64,000 bases of DNA, taken from NCBI RefSeq assembly GCF_964194155.1, contig NC_135892.1, positions 80,352,001 through 80,416,000 of the forward strand. The letters are read 5' to 3'. The position numbers and the translations under genes were made by a program. Positions within the stretch are counted from its first letter, which is position 1. Every line of letters starts with the position of its first letter. The notes beneath the pieces were generated by a model. The model did not search any database, was not told the DNA's origin, and saw nothing but the letters and a program-made list of their open reading frames with translations. Shown one piece after another: positions 11,393 to 24,700 of the stretch. Origin of the DNA: Cetorhinus maximus (taxonomy: Eukaryota).

Positions 11393-13760
11393 TCACTTAC
11401 GTTTCTGAGTGCTACGTCTTGGTGCCCCTCCCCTGCTGGCAGCAGCATTGGAGACAGCCTGCTGACCCTGCTGTCTTGTTGGCCTTGATGACCTAGGTGG
11501 TTGTCCTCTGGCCAGTGGAGCCTGTGCTGGCCCTGGGGGGGGAGCGGCTAGTGCCATGGATGGCATCTCCCCAGTCACTGCAGCTTCATCAGATGCCATG
11601 GTCACTGGCAGAGGGGCGGGAGAGCTGCTGCCGTCATCCAGAGTGCCCTAAGAGGAGCCCGCAGAAATGAAAGACAGTTTGCGCACCAACGTGAGGTCGC
11701 TCTGAACCTCCCTGCTCACCATTGATGGACAGGCACCTAGCTGGGATACTGGGTGCCTCATCCATCTTCCACACCAGCACTGACCACTGGAGGTCAGTGC
11801 CTGTGTGAGGGCTTGCAGGTCCAAGCACAAACCCAGGAACTCCTGATTCTGTCCCTGGAGCTGCCTGGAGTGCGCTTGGCCATGAGGGTGAATGAAGTGC
11901 TCACACTCCACATGGACTCCTCTACAGCGCAGATCATGGCACACAGACCCTCATGGATCTCGGCCAGATCCTCACACACATCTCGCTGGACATCCAACAT
12001 CTGCTGCCTAATGGACGACTCCAGAGGCTCATCACCAGCCTTCGACTTAACATTGTCCTGGTCCCCAGCAGTCCTTCGACTGCCGGCGCCCTGGGCACTC
12101 TCTGCCTCCGCGTGCACCTCAAGCGAGTGTGAAGTGCTCTCATCAATGTGCACTGAGATACTAGACACCAACCTAACGCCCACCAAGGTGTTGGTATCTG
12201 CGCTGGTGCCTGCTTCAGCTCTGATGCAGGTGCAACTGAAGCCCAGTGGTCCTCTGGCGTCATGGGTGGCCCTTCAGGGTCCAGAGAGTGAGTGTGTGCT
12301 GGTGAATCTAAAAGGGAGAACAAGGACATGTCATTAGTTTAATTCACCACACTGTCACTGTGCATGCCAGGCACCCTGGTAATACAATGGAGATCTGCAT
12401 CATGGTGCCATCATCTTTCAATCACAGAATCACAGAATCTTAACGGCACAGAAGGCCATTCAGCCCATCATGTCTGCACCGGCTCTCCAAATGAGCATTA
12501 TGACTAATTGCCATTGACCTGCCTTTTCCCTGTACCCTTGCACGTTGTTTCTATTCAAATAATCATCTAATGTCCTCTTGAATGCCTCTATTGAACCTGC
12601 CTCCACCACACTTCCAGACAGCGCATTCCAAACCTGAACCACTCATTGTGTGAAAAAGTTTTTTCTCACATTGCATTTGCTTCTTTTGCAAATCACTTTA
12701 AATCTGTGCCCTCTCGTTCTTGATCTTTTTACGAGTGGGAACATCTTCTCCCTATCCACTCTGTCCAGCCCCATCATGATTTTGAACATCTCTGTCAAAT
12801 CTCCTCTCACCCTTCTTCTCTCCAAGTAGAACAGTCCCAACCTCTCCAATCTATCCTCATAGCTGAAGTTTCTCATCCCTGGAGCCATTCTTGTAAACCT
12901 CTTCTGCACTCTCTCCAACATGTTCACACCCTTCCAATAATAACCCAGAACTGTACACAATATTCCAGCTGAGATCAATGATCAATGGAGGCTCCAGGTT
13001 CGAGGTTCACATCAATGAAGAGACTGCACTAGAATGGTTGCACAAGCCGAAAGCCTGACCTCTGTTCACTGCGCTTTTACCTTCATCTGGCACTCACACC
13101 TCTCCACACCAGGTTGCACGGGGAGCATGCCAGCTTTCGGGCTCAAGGGCGTCCTGCTCAAACCTGCTGAGTAGCAGCAGGTTGGGCGGGCCTCCACCTG
13201 CACATACCCTCTCTGATTGGTTATGGCTCGTCTTATCCTGAAAGGACAGAGGAGCATTGATTAGTCCACTCTCTACCTGCAGCACCATTGCAGCCTGGCC
13301 AACCCCAGCTGAGGAGCACCTCGCAGGGCACACCCGAGTCGTGGTCCTCAAGCCGCAAGGCACTCAGTTCAAGCAGCCAGGGCGGACCCCCTTGGCCAGC
13401 TTCGGGGTCATTGACAGTTGGCACTCAGACTCTAGCACCCCTGAGGTCCATGGGGGAGATGGCCACACCTTAACACTTCTGTACACTGACCCGTGCCAAC
13501 CCTTTCTGAGCACAGCTGGTCATTGAATTGCTGGCAGTACTTCACCCATGTGCGCCGCACCACGTCATGGCTGCTCACCCGCGCTGCCACCTCCTTCCAT
13601 GCCCTCTTTGTGATGTGCAGTGGCCTCCTCCTTCCATCTCTGCCGTCAAAGGTGTTTCTCCTAGCAGCTGCCTTCTCCAGGATAATTTCGAGGCACTCAT
13701 CCAAGGAGTTGGGGGGGGGGGGGGACCAAGTGCCCACCTGCCCTGCCTTCCAGCCTGCCG
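11393..13760 (-). pseudogene. Harbinger Myb/SANT (trihelix) DNA-binding gene, 3 exons, decayed
   Basis: LEIILEKAAARR...AWKEVAARVSSHDVVRRTWVKYCQQFND; splice sites near 13501/13237 and 13060/12307; basic C-terminus PRRSTQKRK*. Confidence 0.85.
12422..12975 (-). mobile_element. CR1 LINE 3' fragment in intron 2 of the Harbinger Myb gene
   Basis: LERVQKRFTRM...SYEDRLERLGLFYLERRRVRGDL...RTRGH...RKNFFTQ; (ATTCTGTG)2 tail. Confidence 0.92.
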
Positions 13761-14978
13761 TGTCCTGCCACACTTGACTCCAAAATTCCAATATTGACAA
13801 CACAGAGGAGATGTTGTTCCGTGGCAGCCTTCCAGGGGCTGTCCCCCCCCAACTTGGCCCTTCCTGGCCAGTGACAAGCCATGTTTCACATTGGGCGGGC
13901 CTTAATAAGCTCGCCAGCGTGAAATTGCGGTCAGGGGCTGATCGCGGGTGGTGGATGTTTCCTGGCCGCTCCTGGGCCTGCCCAACACGCCCACCTGACA
14001 ACCTCAAAATCCTGCCCATGGAATAAATCATACATTATTTGTTTTCATTTTAAGGATATACAGATTACTTCTGCTAATGTGACTGATCTCACTGATTGAC
14101 GTCTTCTATTAGGAGACGTAGAGTTCAATCGAGTTGGAAATCTCTCTGTTATAATGGCAGTAGATATGATGGTGAAAGGCTTTTGACTTTGGAAAATATT
14201 ATTGCTTTGAGATTCCAGGATTGTAAACAAATGTAATCCATTTGTTTGGATTTGCGATATTTGCAGCAGCTGACTATAATGACAGACAAAACTACCATAA
14301 TCATAAGTAAAGCATAATTGATACATTTGCATTATAATTATTGCTCTTCGTATAAAGAAGGATCTGCTTTGTTTCCAAAAATGTAGACTTGTATGCTATC
14401 TGGCCTGTCAGTTTGGCAATGTGATCCTTGATGGTCAATGTGTTGTCTAAACTTATTTAAGCATCCAACAGTTAGCTTTCTCCAGGATGAAGCTTTTTCT
14501 GTTGGTTGCCCAAGTGACTTTTCCCAGAAAGTTCCTGAAAAAGCTAAATAAATTTGATTTGATTTTGGTAATGCTTATCGTGACAAGGTTGTCAGCCAAC
14601 TTCTGGGAAACTCCAGTCATATTCCCATTCATACTTTTCCCACAGTTTTAGCAGGTTCATAAAAAGATGTTTTAGTTTGAATGGTCAACATTTCACTGAA
14701 ACATCTGTCAGTTAGAGACAGAATGGTCAAATTCGCACCCTATGCTTAAGCCCCCCAAAAATCCCAAGCACTTATTAGAGGAGTATTGTTGGGATGGGGA
14801 AACTACTGAAAGGGGTGGTATAAGACTCATTGTTGCAACTACCACTGTTTCTAATTTACATCGGTGACACAGATTCACAAACACAATGCAAATCAGTTAA
14901 ATTTGCATGCAATTCCAAACTAGAGGGGGAAATAGAGCTGATGGATGCAGCTCAGAAATTGCAGAATGAGTTAGAATA

Positions 14979-15729
14979 GGATAGAATTTAATGCCCTTCC
15001 GCAGGTGAGTTTGGAGGTGGGGGGCATTTAATTGGATGGGAGGGTACCAGGTGGGGTGTGCACTGCCTTCCCGTTTCTGCCTCAATTAAGTCCAGGGCAG
15101 GAAGGTTCGTGCACAGCCTTCCCACCCTGGTGCCAATTGAGGCCCTTAAGTGGGCAATTAATGTCCATTTAAGGGCCTCATCCAGCTGCTGTTGGGCAGA
15201 GCAGCCGCCACCCTGGTGTTTTTGCTTGCAGGCTCCCGGGGGTTGGGGGGCGGGGGGGAGGTGTGGTTGGGGGGGTTGGCGAGGAGGGGGTCCCTCGTTT
15301 CTAGAGACAGTGCCTGATGCAGGGACCAGCATCCGGAAGGTGGGGGCCCACTGAGAGACACCCTCCCACACTTTCCTCTGAAACCCCTCTCCGAATATCC
15401 CAACAACCCCCATCCTGCTCTCATTCACCTGTGACCCAGTCTGTCACTGATACAGGGCCTCTGGTGAGTTGCTTTGCTGGCAGCTGGCACTGGCCCCCCC
15501 AGTGGCATTGATGGCAAATGAGGAGTTCCCAGCCTCTGATTGGCCTGTAGCTCTCGGGAAGGGGATTTCTGCACCTCGAGGTCCTTGATCCCAGAGAAGG
15601 CTTGCTGCTGGCCACTTTTGTATCTGCTAGCACTTAATAAGCCGGGCCTTCCCCAATAGAGGCTATGTGGGGCTCTCATGGGATCTCCAACTGGCGGGCG
15701 AGACCCTGAACCAGGATTAAATTCCTCCC
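14979..15729. mobile_element. Harbinger-type MITE (~750 bp), inserted in a CR1 tail
   Basis: TIR ggatagaatttaat / attaaattcctccc; flanks ata/aga; homologous to 54712-55445. Confidence 0.8.
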
Positions 15730-17840
15730 AGAGAATGGTTACAGCACAGAGGAAGGCCATTCAACCTATTATGTCCCTGCTGACTGTCTGTAAGGGCAAT
15801 TTAACTTGTCCCACACTTGTCCCTGCACTTTCCTCATAACCCTGCACTTATTTTCTCTTCAGGTGCTTATCCAATTTCCATATGAAAGCCACAATTGAAC
15901 CTGCTTTCACCACATTCTCAGGCAGAACATTCTAGATCTTAACCACTCGATGCACAAAAAGGTTTCTCCTCGGGTTGCTTCTTTGGCCATTCACCTTTAA
16001 ATCAGTGTCCTCTGGTTCTTGATCCGTCCACCAATAAGAATAACTCCTCTTTATCTACTTTGAATAGACCCTTCTCTTAACCTTCTCTTCTCTAAGGAGA
16101 ACAACCCCAGCTTCTCCAATCTATCCACGTAACTGAAATCCCTCATTCATGAAATCTTTCTTATAAATCATTATTATAACTTCTCCAAAGAGTTTGGCCG
16201 GAACTTTCCAGACCCATTGGCATTGGACATCATGGTAGACAGTTGGGGGGTTCGGGGGCCGGGGGGGGAGGTGAAGCAATATGGTGAGAAGGCGAAAAAT
16301 TGGCTTGATGCTGTAGTGAAGCCAGTTTGCGATCGTCCGCTCCACCCATCAGTGGTGGGCCTCGTTTCCCACCGCCTCATGTCAGGAACCTAATTTCCTA
16401 AATACTTTAGCATCTCATTGTAAGTCCTGCTCACCAGAATCATCCCCCATGCTGGATCATCGGGCATGTGCTTCACAACTGTACAAAAGCGACGCACACC
16501 TGGCGAGCTGCACTTCACTCAGGACTTCAAGGTTTGTTTGCCTACCTGGCTTTAGGCAGCACTCGCAGTCATCAGCGCCAGGCTTCACAGGCAGCACCAC
16601 ATCATTTTTAGGGGGGCTCACGGGCAGGTCTCCACTCACCAGACCAGCCGTAAGGCGGGGGTGGCTTTTCAATGGCTGCAGGGATAGGGCTTGCTTGGCT
16701 GACATTATCCTTTGATCCTTTTTTGATCATTTGCAATTTTCCAGTCCTATGGCACCATCCCTGCATCTAAAGAGGACTGGAAAATAATGGTTAGTGCCTC
16801 CACAATTTCCACCCTTATATCCCTCAGCGTCCTGAGATATATCCCATCTGATCTTGGTAATTTATCAACTTTAAGTATAGCCTGTCTTTCTAATACCTCC
16901 TCTCCATCAATTTTAGCCCATCCAGTGTCTCAACTACCTCTTCCATCACCAGGACTTTGGCAACATCTTCTTTCTTGGCAAAGACAAATGCTTATTTAGT
17001 ATCTCAGCCATATCCCCTGCCTCCATGCATAGATCCCCTTTGTGGTATAAATGGCCCTAGCTCTCCATTTAACATTCTTTTTCTATTTATATGCCTATTG
17101 AAGACTTTTGAACTCCCTTTTATGTAAGCTGCCAGTTTCTTCTCATGCTCTCTCCTTGCTGTTCTTTTTGCTTATTTCACTTCGCCTCTGAACTTTCTAT
17201 ACTCAGCCAGGTTCTCATTTGAATCATCAATCTGACATCTGTCATTTGGACCCTTTTCCAGCTTTATCATACTCCCCATCTATTTTGTCATCCAGGGAAC
17301 TCTGACTTTGGTGGCCCTACCTTTCCCTCCCCCGGGAATGTACCTCAACTATACACAAAACATCTCCTCTTTAAAGTCAAACCATTATTCCATGCCTGTT
17401 AGTCTTTGATTCCAATTTACCTGGGACAGACCCATTCTCACCCCAGTAAAATTGGCCCTCCTTCAATTAAGTATTTATAACTCCAGATTGTTCCTTTTCC
17501 TTTTTCTATAGCTAACCTAAACCTTATGGTACAATGATCACTGTTCCCTAAATGTTCTGACACTTGGTCCACTTGACCCATCTCATTCTCTAGAACCAAA
17601 TCCAACGATGCCTCCTTCCTTGTTGGGCTGGAAACATAATGATTGAGAAAATTATCCTAAACAGACTTCATAAACTCTTTTCCCTCTCTGCCTTTACACT
17701 ATTACTATCCCAGTCTACTTTAGATAATTACAGTCCCCTGCAAAAAACTATTTAGCTATTTTCACCTTTCTATAATTTCCCTGAAAATTTGCTCCTCTAT
17801 TTCTTCACACCAATTGGTGGCCTATAGAATACACCCAATA
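15730..17840 (-). mobile_element. CR1 LINE (3' end plus ORF2 EN/RT fragments), internally deleted and interrupted
   Basis: 3' end at 15730-16190 similar to other CR1 tails; 16720-17840 is degenerate ORF2 (PSDLGNL region; EN SDH-like motif on minus). Confidence 0.75.
16196..16700. mobile_element. Harbinger family B terminal fragment
   Basis: Starts with TIR-like ggccggaactttcc; reverse-complement homolog of 25370-25841. Confidence 0.8.
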
Positions 17841-19204
17841 CTGTAAAATAAAACCCTCCCTCCTGCATCATTTCTCCAACCACATTAAGCTAAATGCTTC
17901 CGAACTTCACTACAACAGCACGGACCCTTCTGCACTGATTCCGCGATTCCCAATCAGTCTTATAATGACATCAGGAGATGGCTCCAGAGATGGAGCTGAG
18001 TTTGGATACCTCTATACACACTGGCCATTCCTGATTCACCAGCTCAGTAGAGCCCCAGCTTATTACAGGAGGCAAGTGAGATACAGTGGTGTAAGCTGAA
18101 AATTCCAAAATCATTTAAGAAATAACTCATTCCAGCAATGGCGGGGTGGGGAGCAACTGGGGGAGTGTAGGAGGGTTCTGGATGGATAAATTGATATTTT
18201 TGAATGGAACTCCATACTTTTTCAGTCATTTGTATACGAAAGCTGTGTATTACTCAGGAACAATGGACAGGAAGATCAATATAGTAATGTAGTAATTTCT
18301 ATGAACCAATATTAAGAGTTCACAATCAGCAAATGTTTTAATGCAAGCTCAAAAATAAACACACTTTTATTTTCCTGAGGCAAACTGATCATCTTTACAA
18401 ACCTTTCCCACGAAAGGAGATCAAATGACAAGATTTTATTGTTGCGAACTGCAAATATTTTTTGTATAAGAGAAATAACAGGTGATACACAAGTAAATGA
18501 GGTCAGGGAGGATCAAATAAACTGCAGACAACTACTACAGTGAAAAAAAACTAATACTTAGAACTAACAGATCAGAGCCAGAGCTTTACAAAGCAAATGT
18601 TTGAACTAAATTCAATTAGAAGCCTAAGATGTGATGTTACAAACCTAAGTATTCATATGAACACCATCTGTTCTGCTTCTTCATGAACAATAACAACTAT
18701 AAGAAAACAGCTTTGTACCATTTAAACCAGAATCAAGTAGCTTCCAACGCCTTAAGGTGTATCATCCAATTGTTAACATTAAATTCTGTCTGCAAGATTT
18801 TAAAAAGACATCTGCTGAGAATTTCCTCATGAGTCCACCTGATTGGCCACCATAACTTTAGCAGGTGGCTGGCAGAAAGCCCACTCATATGGTGTATCTA
18901 TGATTTCTGCTGATCCTCGGCCGAGTTATTCTGGACATTTAGGAGAACCCTGAGTACCTATATGAAAAGAAAGACAGCCCTTATACTTTCATGGAAATTC
19001 TCAGCAATTGTCGCAGATGATATACCACAGAAGCTCAGAAATTAGTTGGCATGTGCCCTTTTTAAAAAGGGTAAAATAGATTCCAAAGGGTTCAGTATAA
19101 CGAATGGCGTGTGCTCATGAATGCGCTATTGCCGGTGCACCAGCCGCCATATTAGGAAAGGCAGAAAGAGAGGTGTCCAGAGCACATGCCTGAAACCAGC
19201 ATTG

Positions 19205-19438
19205 GAAGGTGAGGAGAGATCTTTTTACACAGGAGTGGTTATGGCCTAAAACGTACTGCCATAAATGGTGGTGGAATCAGATTCAATTGTAGCTTTCAGA
19301 AGAGAATTGGATATACATATAAACCGAAGCGCTATTTATGGGGAAAGAACAGGGGAATGGAACTGGATAGCTTAAGTGATGGCATGATCACGACAGGGTG
19401 GATGCATTTCTCTGTGTTGTAAGGTTTTATTATTCTAA
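19205..19438 (+). mobile_element. Old CR1 3' fragment
   Basis: RRDLFTQ.VV..W..LP..VVE.DS...F.RELD pattern and attcta-like tail. Confidence 0.6.
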
Positions 19439-21314
19439 TGCCTGCTTTCCTGGAAAATGTTGCCACATGCGGCCTAGACAGCATTTCTTAAAAGGGCCAC
19501 TGGTGGCCAACAACAACAAAAAAAATAAGTTTGTTAAAAACTATTCAACTGAATCTGGAGCTATGAGGAGTAGGTGTGCTCCTTCTGGTTCCATTGCACT
19601 GCTATAGGTCACTGCCAGCTTCTGCTACCCTCTCCCAATCATCCCACCTTTGAGCACTCATTCCCCCATCCCCTTCAATCGCCATACCTCCCTCCTGACC
19701 ACCTTCCTGACTCCCAAGATTTCCTTGAGGGGTTGCGCCTGGCAACACAGTGACCTGAATTCCAATGCTAAACCACCAGCAAGTTTTCTGGAGTGCTCAA
19801 AATGTGTACACAGCTTGCCGGTCCCATTCAAATGGGATACAAGGCCCAATATTAAGTCTGCCTCAGGCCTACCCATTCCAGTGCAAATATCATTCTCTTC
19901 TTATGGAGCACTGAACACCTGATATGTTTTGGCTTCCCTAAATCCTTTTTGCTTTATGGAAATGGTTTAGGAATGAGTTATAGACATGTTTTATTATAAA
20001 GTGATTTTCCACAGGTTTAAAATAATTAATTGGCACAGGTTCATTAAAACTAGATTAACCAGTTTGTGGAATGCTGCAGCTAGTCATCAATGTCAAACAC
20101 AAATAATGAGTCATTTGTTTCACCATAGACCCATTAAACTAAGTTTGTCCCTATTTATTTTGACAAATGATGTCTGATGTCCCAGAACCCAAGGCAGGAG
20201 GAGAGGTAGCTGGTTTTACTCATAGGCCTATTTGTGCCGTGCTGAATGTGGAAAAGGTCAAATGGATTGCCATGACAAACATCAACAGTCAAATAAATCT
20301 GGGGACAAAGTCTGGTCTAGAGAAGAGAAACACATTCTTCCGAAACCCAGATTCAATCAGGATTAAAGGGTTCCCAGGAAACGTTAAGCGAGCCCACTAA
20401 TAGACAGTGTTACATAATTTTATTATTTTTCTTGGTCTCGAGGAGGGTTCAACAGTTTAATTGAATTAACTTGATTAGATCTATTACTTTGTAAATTTCT
20501 TCTGTCTGTCAATGATAATTCTCTCCTGACTTCATCTCACCAAAGTATTTCAGCCCATCTTGAGAAAGATTGGACAAGTGCACATGAGGGCATGTGCAAA
20601 GAACGTAACATTTAATCAGATCACAAAGGAGTTCCTGTTGTCATAACCTTGCATTATGCTATCAGATAATTAGATATTGAACTTTACAGGCACACTCCTG
20701 AACATAAGCCACTCAGAGTATTTACAGGCTTGGCCAGCTTGCTGCAGCCAAGAGAATATCTAAGCTAAGCTGAAAATAAACAGGTAAACTGATTGGAAAA
20801 TGGAGCAAAGGATACATGACCTGACAGTTATACATTGAAATCCTTTGATGTCTTTAATGACTGCACTTGAACAGAGTAATCTCTAAGTAAATATAGGATG
20901 AAAGCCCAGGAATGATGTTTTCTATTGGATTAATTATTCATTTGGACTGTTTTTAGCAACTAACAACAAGAGAAACCACATTCTTAGATTACTACAAACA
21001 AATCTTATATTGGTTGAGGGAAGTGTCATGTTCCAGTGTATTATGAACTTTCAGACAATATTTTAAAATTTTGAACAAACACAGACTGTTAAAATGGCTG
21101 CTGCAAGCCATTTTTGGTAGTATCAGCTCCAGACAGTCCTGAGACTCAAGCAAATACCTAATTACATAATGGCGGTCACAGAGATCCTGGAAATTTGCAC
21201 ATCCCTTTATTTAAGGATGGAATGTCAACAAAAAGATTATAGCATTCCAGCATTATAGCATTTCACTATGGAAAAAGACACATCGAAACTCACTGTGCAT
21301 TAGACCAATGTGAT

Positions 21315-21782
21315 TTTTTTTTCATTCATGAGATGTGGGAGTACTGTTGGGGAGGGCAGTGCAGGATTTTGACCCAGCGACAGCGAAGGAACGGCGATAT
21401 ATTTCCAAGTCAGGATGGTGAGTGGCTTGAAGGGGAACTTCCAGGCAGTGGTGTTCCCATGCATCTGCTGCCATTGTCCTTCTAGATGGTAGTGGTCATG
21501 GGTTTGGAAAGTTCTGTCTAAGGAGCCTTGGTGAGTTCCTGCACTGCATCTTGTAGATGGTACATTCTGCTGCCACTGTGCATCAGTGGTGGAGGGAGTG
21601 AACATTTGTGGATGGGGTGCCAGTCAAGCAGGCTGCTTTGTCCTGGATGGTGTCAAGCTCCTTGGGTGTTGTTGGAGCTGCACTCATCCACGCAAGTGGA
21701 GAGTATTCCACCACAACCCTGGCTTGTGCCTTGTAGGTGGATAGGCTTTGGGGATTCAGGAGGTGAGTTACTCACCACAGGA
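21315..21782 (-). mobile_element. L2/CR1-group LINE 3' fragment (same family as 6812-7505)
   Basis: Reverse complement aligns by eye to 6935-7370 plus tail. Confidence 0.85.
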
Positions 21783-21789
21783 TTAGTAA

Positions 21790-24700
21790 GGGGCACGCGA
21801 GGAGACAGGGGACTACACAGGTGTGAGACGGAGACTAATTGAGTAATGAATTAGGTTCATGTGGTAAGTTCTGGTAAGTCCTTTTCAGGTTTTAACTATA
21901 GATGAAGAATCAAGATCTGATGTAGTACTAACCTTCAAATAAGTTAGGTTAGCTTGTTAAGTAGAAAACTACCTGGAGTGGCAGTTATCTGTCAATCACC
22001 TGAAAGCAGTTGGTTCAAGTGGTGATAATTACTGTAGCAGGAAGCTAAACTAGCTAGTGACTCATCAGAGAGTCTATAAAAGAGACAGGCTTTTCAAACT
22101 GCACAATCAGTAAGGGATGCACAAAAAATAAAGGCTCTGTATCTGAATGCGCGTAGCATTCATAATAAAGTAAATGAATTGATAACGCACATTGAAGTAA
22201 ATAAATATGATTTGATAGCCATTACAGAGATGTGGCTAGAGGATGACAAGGATTGCGCCCTGAATATTGAGGGGTATCTGACATTCAGGCGACTATGCCA
22301 GAATAAGGCGGACGCTGAGTGAGTAGCGAATTAGGGTCATGTGGGAATTCAGCGCACGGGGGAAAGAGGCATGGTAGACATAGGAATCATTCTAAGTTAA
22401 TTAAGTGAGTAATTAAATTAAGTTAACTAAATAACATAAGTAACAATGGCAGGCCAGGTATTATGTTGCAACTGTGGAGTGTGGGAACTTTAAGACACCA
22501 AAGTGATCCATGACAAACATGTCTGCAAAAAGTGTAAGCAGCTAGAGGAATTCCAGATCAGGAATATTAATCTGGAAGCCAAACTGCAGACATTGCTCAA
22601 CATAAGGGAGGGGGAGAAATACCTGGACATTTTATTCCAGAAGGCAGTTCCGCCTCTTTGAATAGGGTCGTCTTCTTTGGTCAGCAGTGAGGGGCAGGCA
22701 GACATGATCGTGAGTGGGGCAGGTAATGGGACTGAGCAGACAGCAGTGGAGGAGCCTCAGACTTTGCAAATGTCAAACAGGTTTGAGGTGCTCACAACCT
22801 GTGTGGACGAAAGTGAGGTCTGCAAGGTGCATGAACAGGCAGGCCATGGCACCATGGTACAGGAAACTGTTCAGGGATGGGGTGCAAACAGGAATGTAGT
22901 GGTAGTAGGGAACAATATAGTGAGGCGGATTGACACTGTTCTGGGTAGCAAAGAGCGAGAGTCCAGAAAGGGTGTGTTGCCTGCCCGGTGTCAGGGTTTG
23001 GGACAACTGCTCAGGGCTGGAGATGAACTTGCAGTGGGAGGGGAAGGATCCAGTTGTCATGGTCCATTTATGTACCAACAACATAGGCAGGACAAAGAAA
23101 GAGTTTCTGCATAGTCAGCATGAGAAGCTAGGTACCAAGTTAAGAAGCAGAACCTCAAAAGCAATGATCTCTAGATTATTACCTGAACCACATGCAAGTT
23201 GGCATGGGGCAACTAAGATCAGAATGCGTGGCTCAAAGACTGGTGTGGGAGAAGTGGGTTCTGGTTCATGGGGCACTGGCACCAATGCTGGGGAAAGTGG
23301 GGACCATACCACTGAGACGATCTACACCTGAACCATGCTGGGACCAGTGTTCTTGCAAATTGCATAACTAGGGAAGTAGAGACGGCTTTAAACTAAACAA
23401 TGGGTTGAGCAATCAAGCTTGTGTAAATATGACAAATCAAGGGGTAGATTCAAGGTGGGAGACCATAATAGCAATATGGGAAATGAGAGTCATAGAACAG
23501 TAGGAAGGGACAGAGAGACTAAACCTAAGAATACACCAATAGTCAAGACTATACAAAGATAACAAAATGACAAAACTAAAGGCTCTGTAGCTGAATGTGT
23601 GTAGTATTCATAACAAAGTAAATTAATTGACAGCGCACATTGAAGTAAATAAATATGATCTGATAGCCATTATGGAGACGTGGCTACAGGGTGTCAAGGA
23701 TTGCATCCTGAATATTGAGGGGTATGTGACATTCAAGGAGAACAGGAACCTAGGTAAAGGTGGAAGAGTAGCACTGTTAATCAAGGATGGCATTGGTGCA
23801 ATAATTAGAGATGACTTTGGTTCAGGAGAACAGGATGTAGAATCGTTTGGGTAGAGATGAGGAATAGTAGGGGAAAGAAATCAGTGGGAATAGTCTAACA
23901 GGAACCACAATGTAGGACAAAGTATACAAAAAGAAACATTGGGTGCTTGTGATAAAGGGTTAGAAATAATCCTGGGTATTTTGATCACATATAAACTGGA
24001 AAAATCAGATTAGCAGTAGTAGCCTGGATGAAGAGTTCATAGAATGCTTTCAAGAGTACTTTAGAGCAGCACATTCTGAAACCAATCAGAGAGCAGGTTA
24101 TATTAGACTTTGTATTATATAATGTGACAGGATTAATTAATGACCTCAGAGTGAAGGTACACTTAAGTAGCAGCAACCACAGTGTGATGGAATTTTGCAT
24201 CCAGTTTGAAAAGGAGAAGAGTAGGTCTAAGACTATTATTTTAAACTTAAATAAGGGCAACTATGTGGGGCATGTAAGCTGAACTAGCTGAAGTGAACTT
24301 GGATACTAGGCTAGGCAATAGATCAATAGAGAAGCAGTGGGATATTTCAGAATACTCAGAATAACTATATTGCTACTATAAAGAAAAATTCTATGGGGTG
24401 AACCCACCATCTGTGGTTAACTAAACAAGTTAAGGAAATCATCAAACTTAAGGAAAAAATATATAACAGCGCAAAGATGAGTAACAGGTCAGATGATTGG
24501 TCAGAATATAAAGAACAGCAGAGAATGACTAAAAGGATTATCAGGAGAAAGAAATTAGGGCGGAGGCATCCCAGATTTGTATTAAGTGCGGTAGTGGGTG
24601 GGAAAAAGGTAATTTTACCCGTCGGCCACAATGGTGGGTTTTGAAGGCATATCATCCCATTCCTGCCTCACTAATTATACAGCCACATGAAACATACTGT

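Larger units (their letters stand above)
9512..14017 (+). mobile_element. PIF/Harbinger DNA transposon, family A, near full length (convergent transposase and Myb-like genes)
   Basis: TIR gggcataatttt / aaaatcctgccc, 3-bp TSD ATG (9509-9511, 14018-14020), both genes inside. Confidence 0.93.

Noticed and set aside
16449-16715. ORFs open on both strands and shared with 25310-25619
   Set aside because: Explained by homology of GC-rich Harbinger subterminal DNA; no recognisable domain.
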